A DNA stretch of 63,367 nucleotides, the filler included, from Octopus bimaculoides (taxonomy: Eukaryota): NCBI RefSeq assembly GCF_001194135.2. It is 6 parts of 6 records of this genome, joined end to end, with 100 filler letters (N's around TTAATTAATTAA, not from the genome) between each part and the next. Parts side by side here need not be neighbours in the genome. Positions count along the whole stretch, not along the records: positions 61,323 to 63,367 come from NW_026319848.1; 5 more parts are not named here. One strand, written 5' to 3'. Shown here in pieces: positions 63,329-63,367 of this stretch. The position numbers were made by a program, and so were the translations under genes. How positions within the stretch are numbered: the first letter of the stretch is position 1; each line of letters begins with the position of its first letter. Under the pieces are notes generated by a model. That model had not been told where the DNA came from and did not search any database. It saw nothing but the letters and a program-made list of their open reading frames with translations.

Positions 63329-63367
<39 letters not shown>

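Overview
AT-rich, repeat-saturated animal genomic DNA from a gapped draft assembly. The two dominant tRNA-derived SINE families and the microsatellite load look like Octopus (cephalopod); this is my recognition, not a database result. One host coding exon is well supported: a ~230-codon coiled-coil terminal exon at 37411-38103 (+), tentatively CCDC160-like. Almost all other coding signal is decayed transposon sequence: Tx1/L1-like, R4/Dong-like and HERO-like (RLE) LINEs, RTE LINEs, Penelope-like RT, Gypsy integrase, Tc1, mariner and a hAT(m)-like element, plus MITEs and about 25 SINE pieces. The most interesting signals are (1) a minimal type-I hammerhead-ribozyme fold in a short (TA)n-embedded repeat, with a second, fold-back family member (possible retrozyme-like element); (2) two R4/Dong-like lineages that appear to partition microsatellite targets, (CATA)n versus (TAA)n; (3) a Tx1/L1 copy with twin-priming (5'-inversion) geometry; and (4) several local templated duplications, one moving a splice acceptor plus an EF-hand-like micro-exon into a SINE. 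No prokaryotic-type system, CRISPR array, rRNA or true tRNA gene is supported. Repeat boundaries are by-eye estimates.
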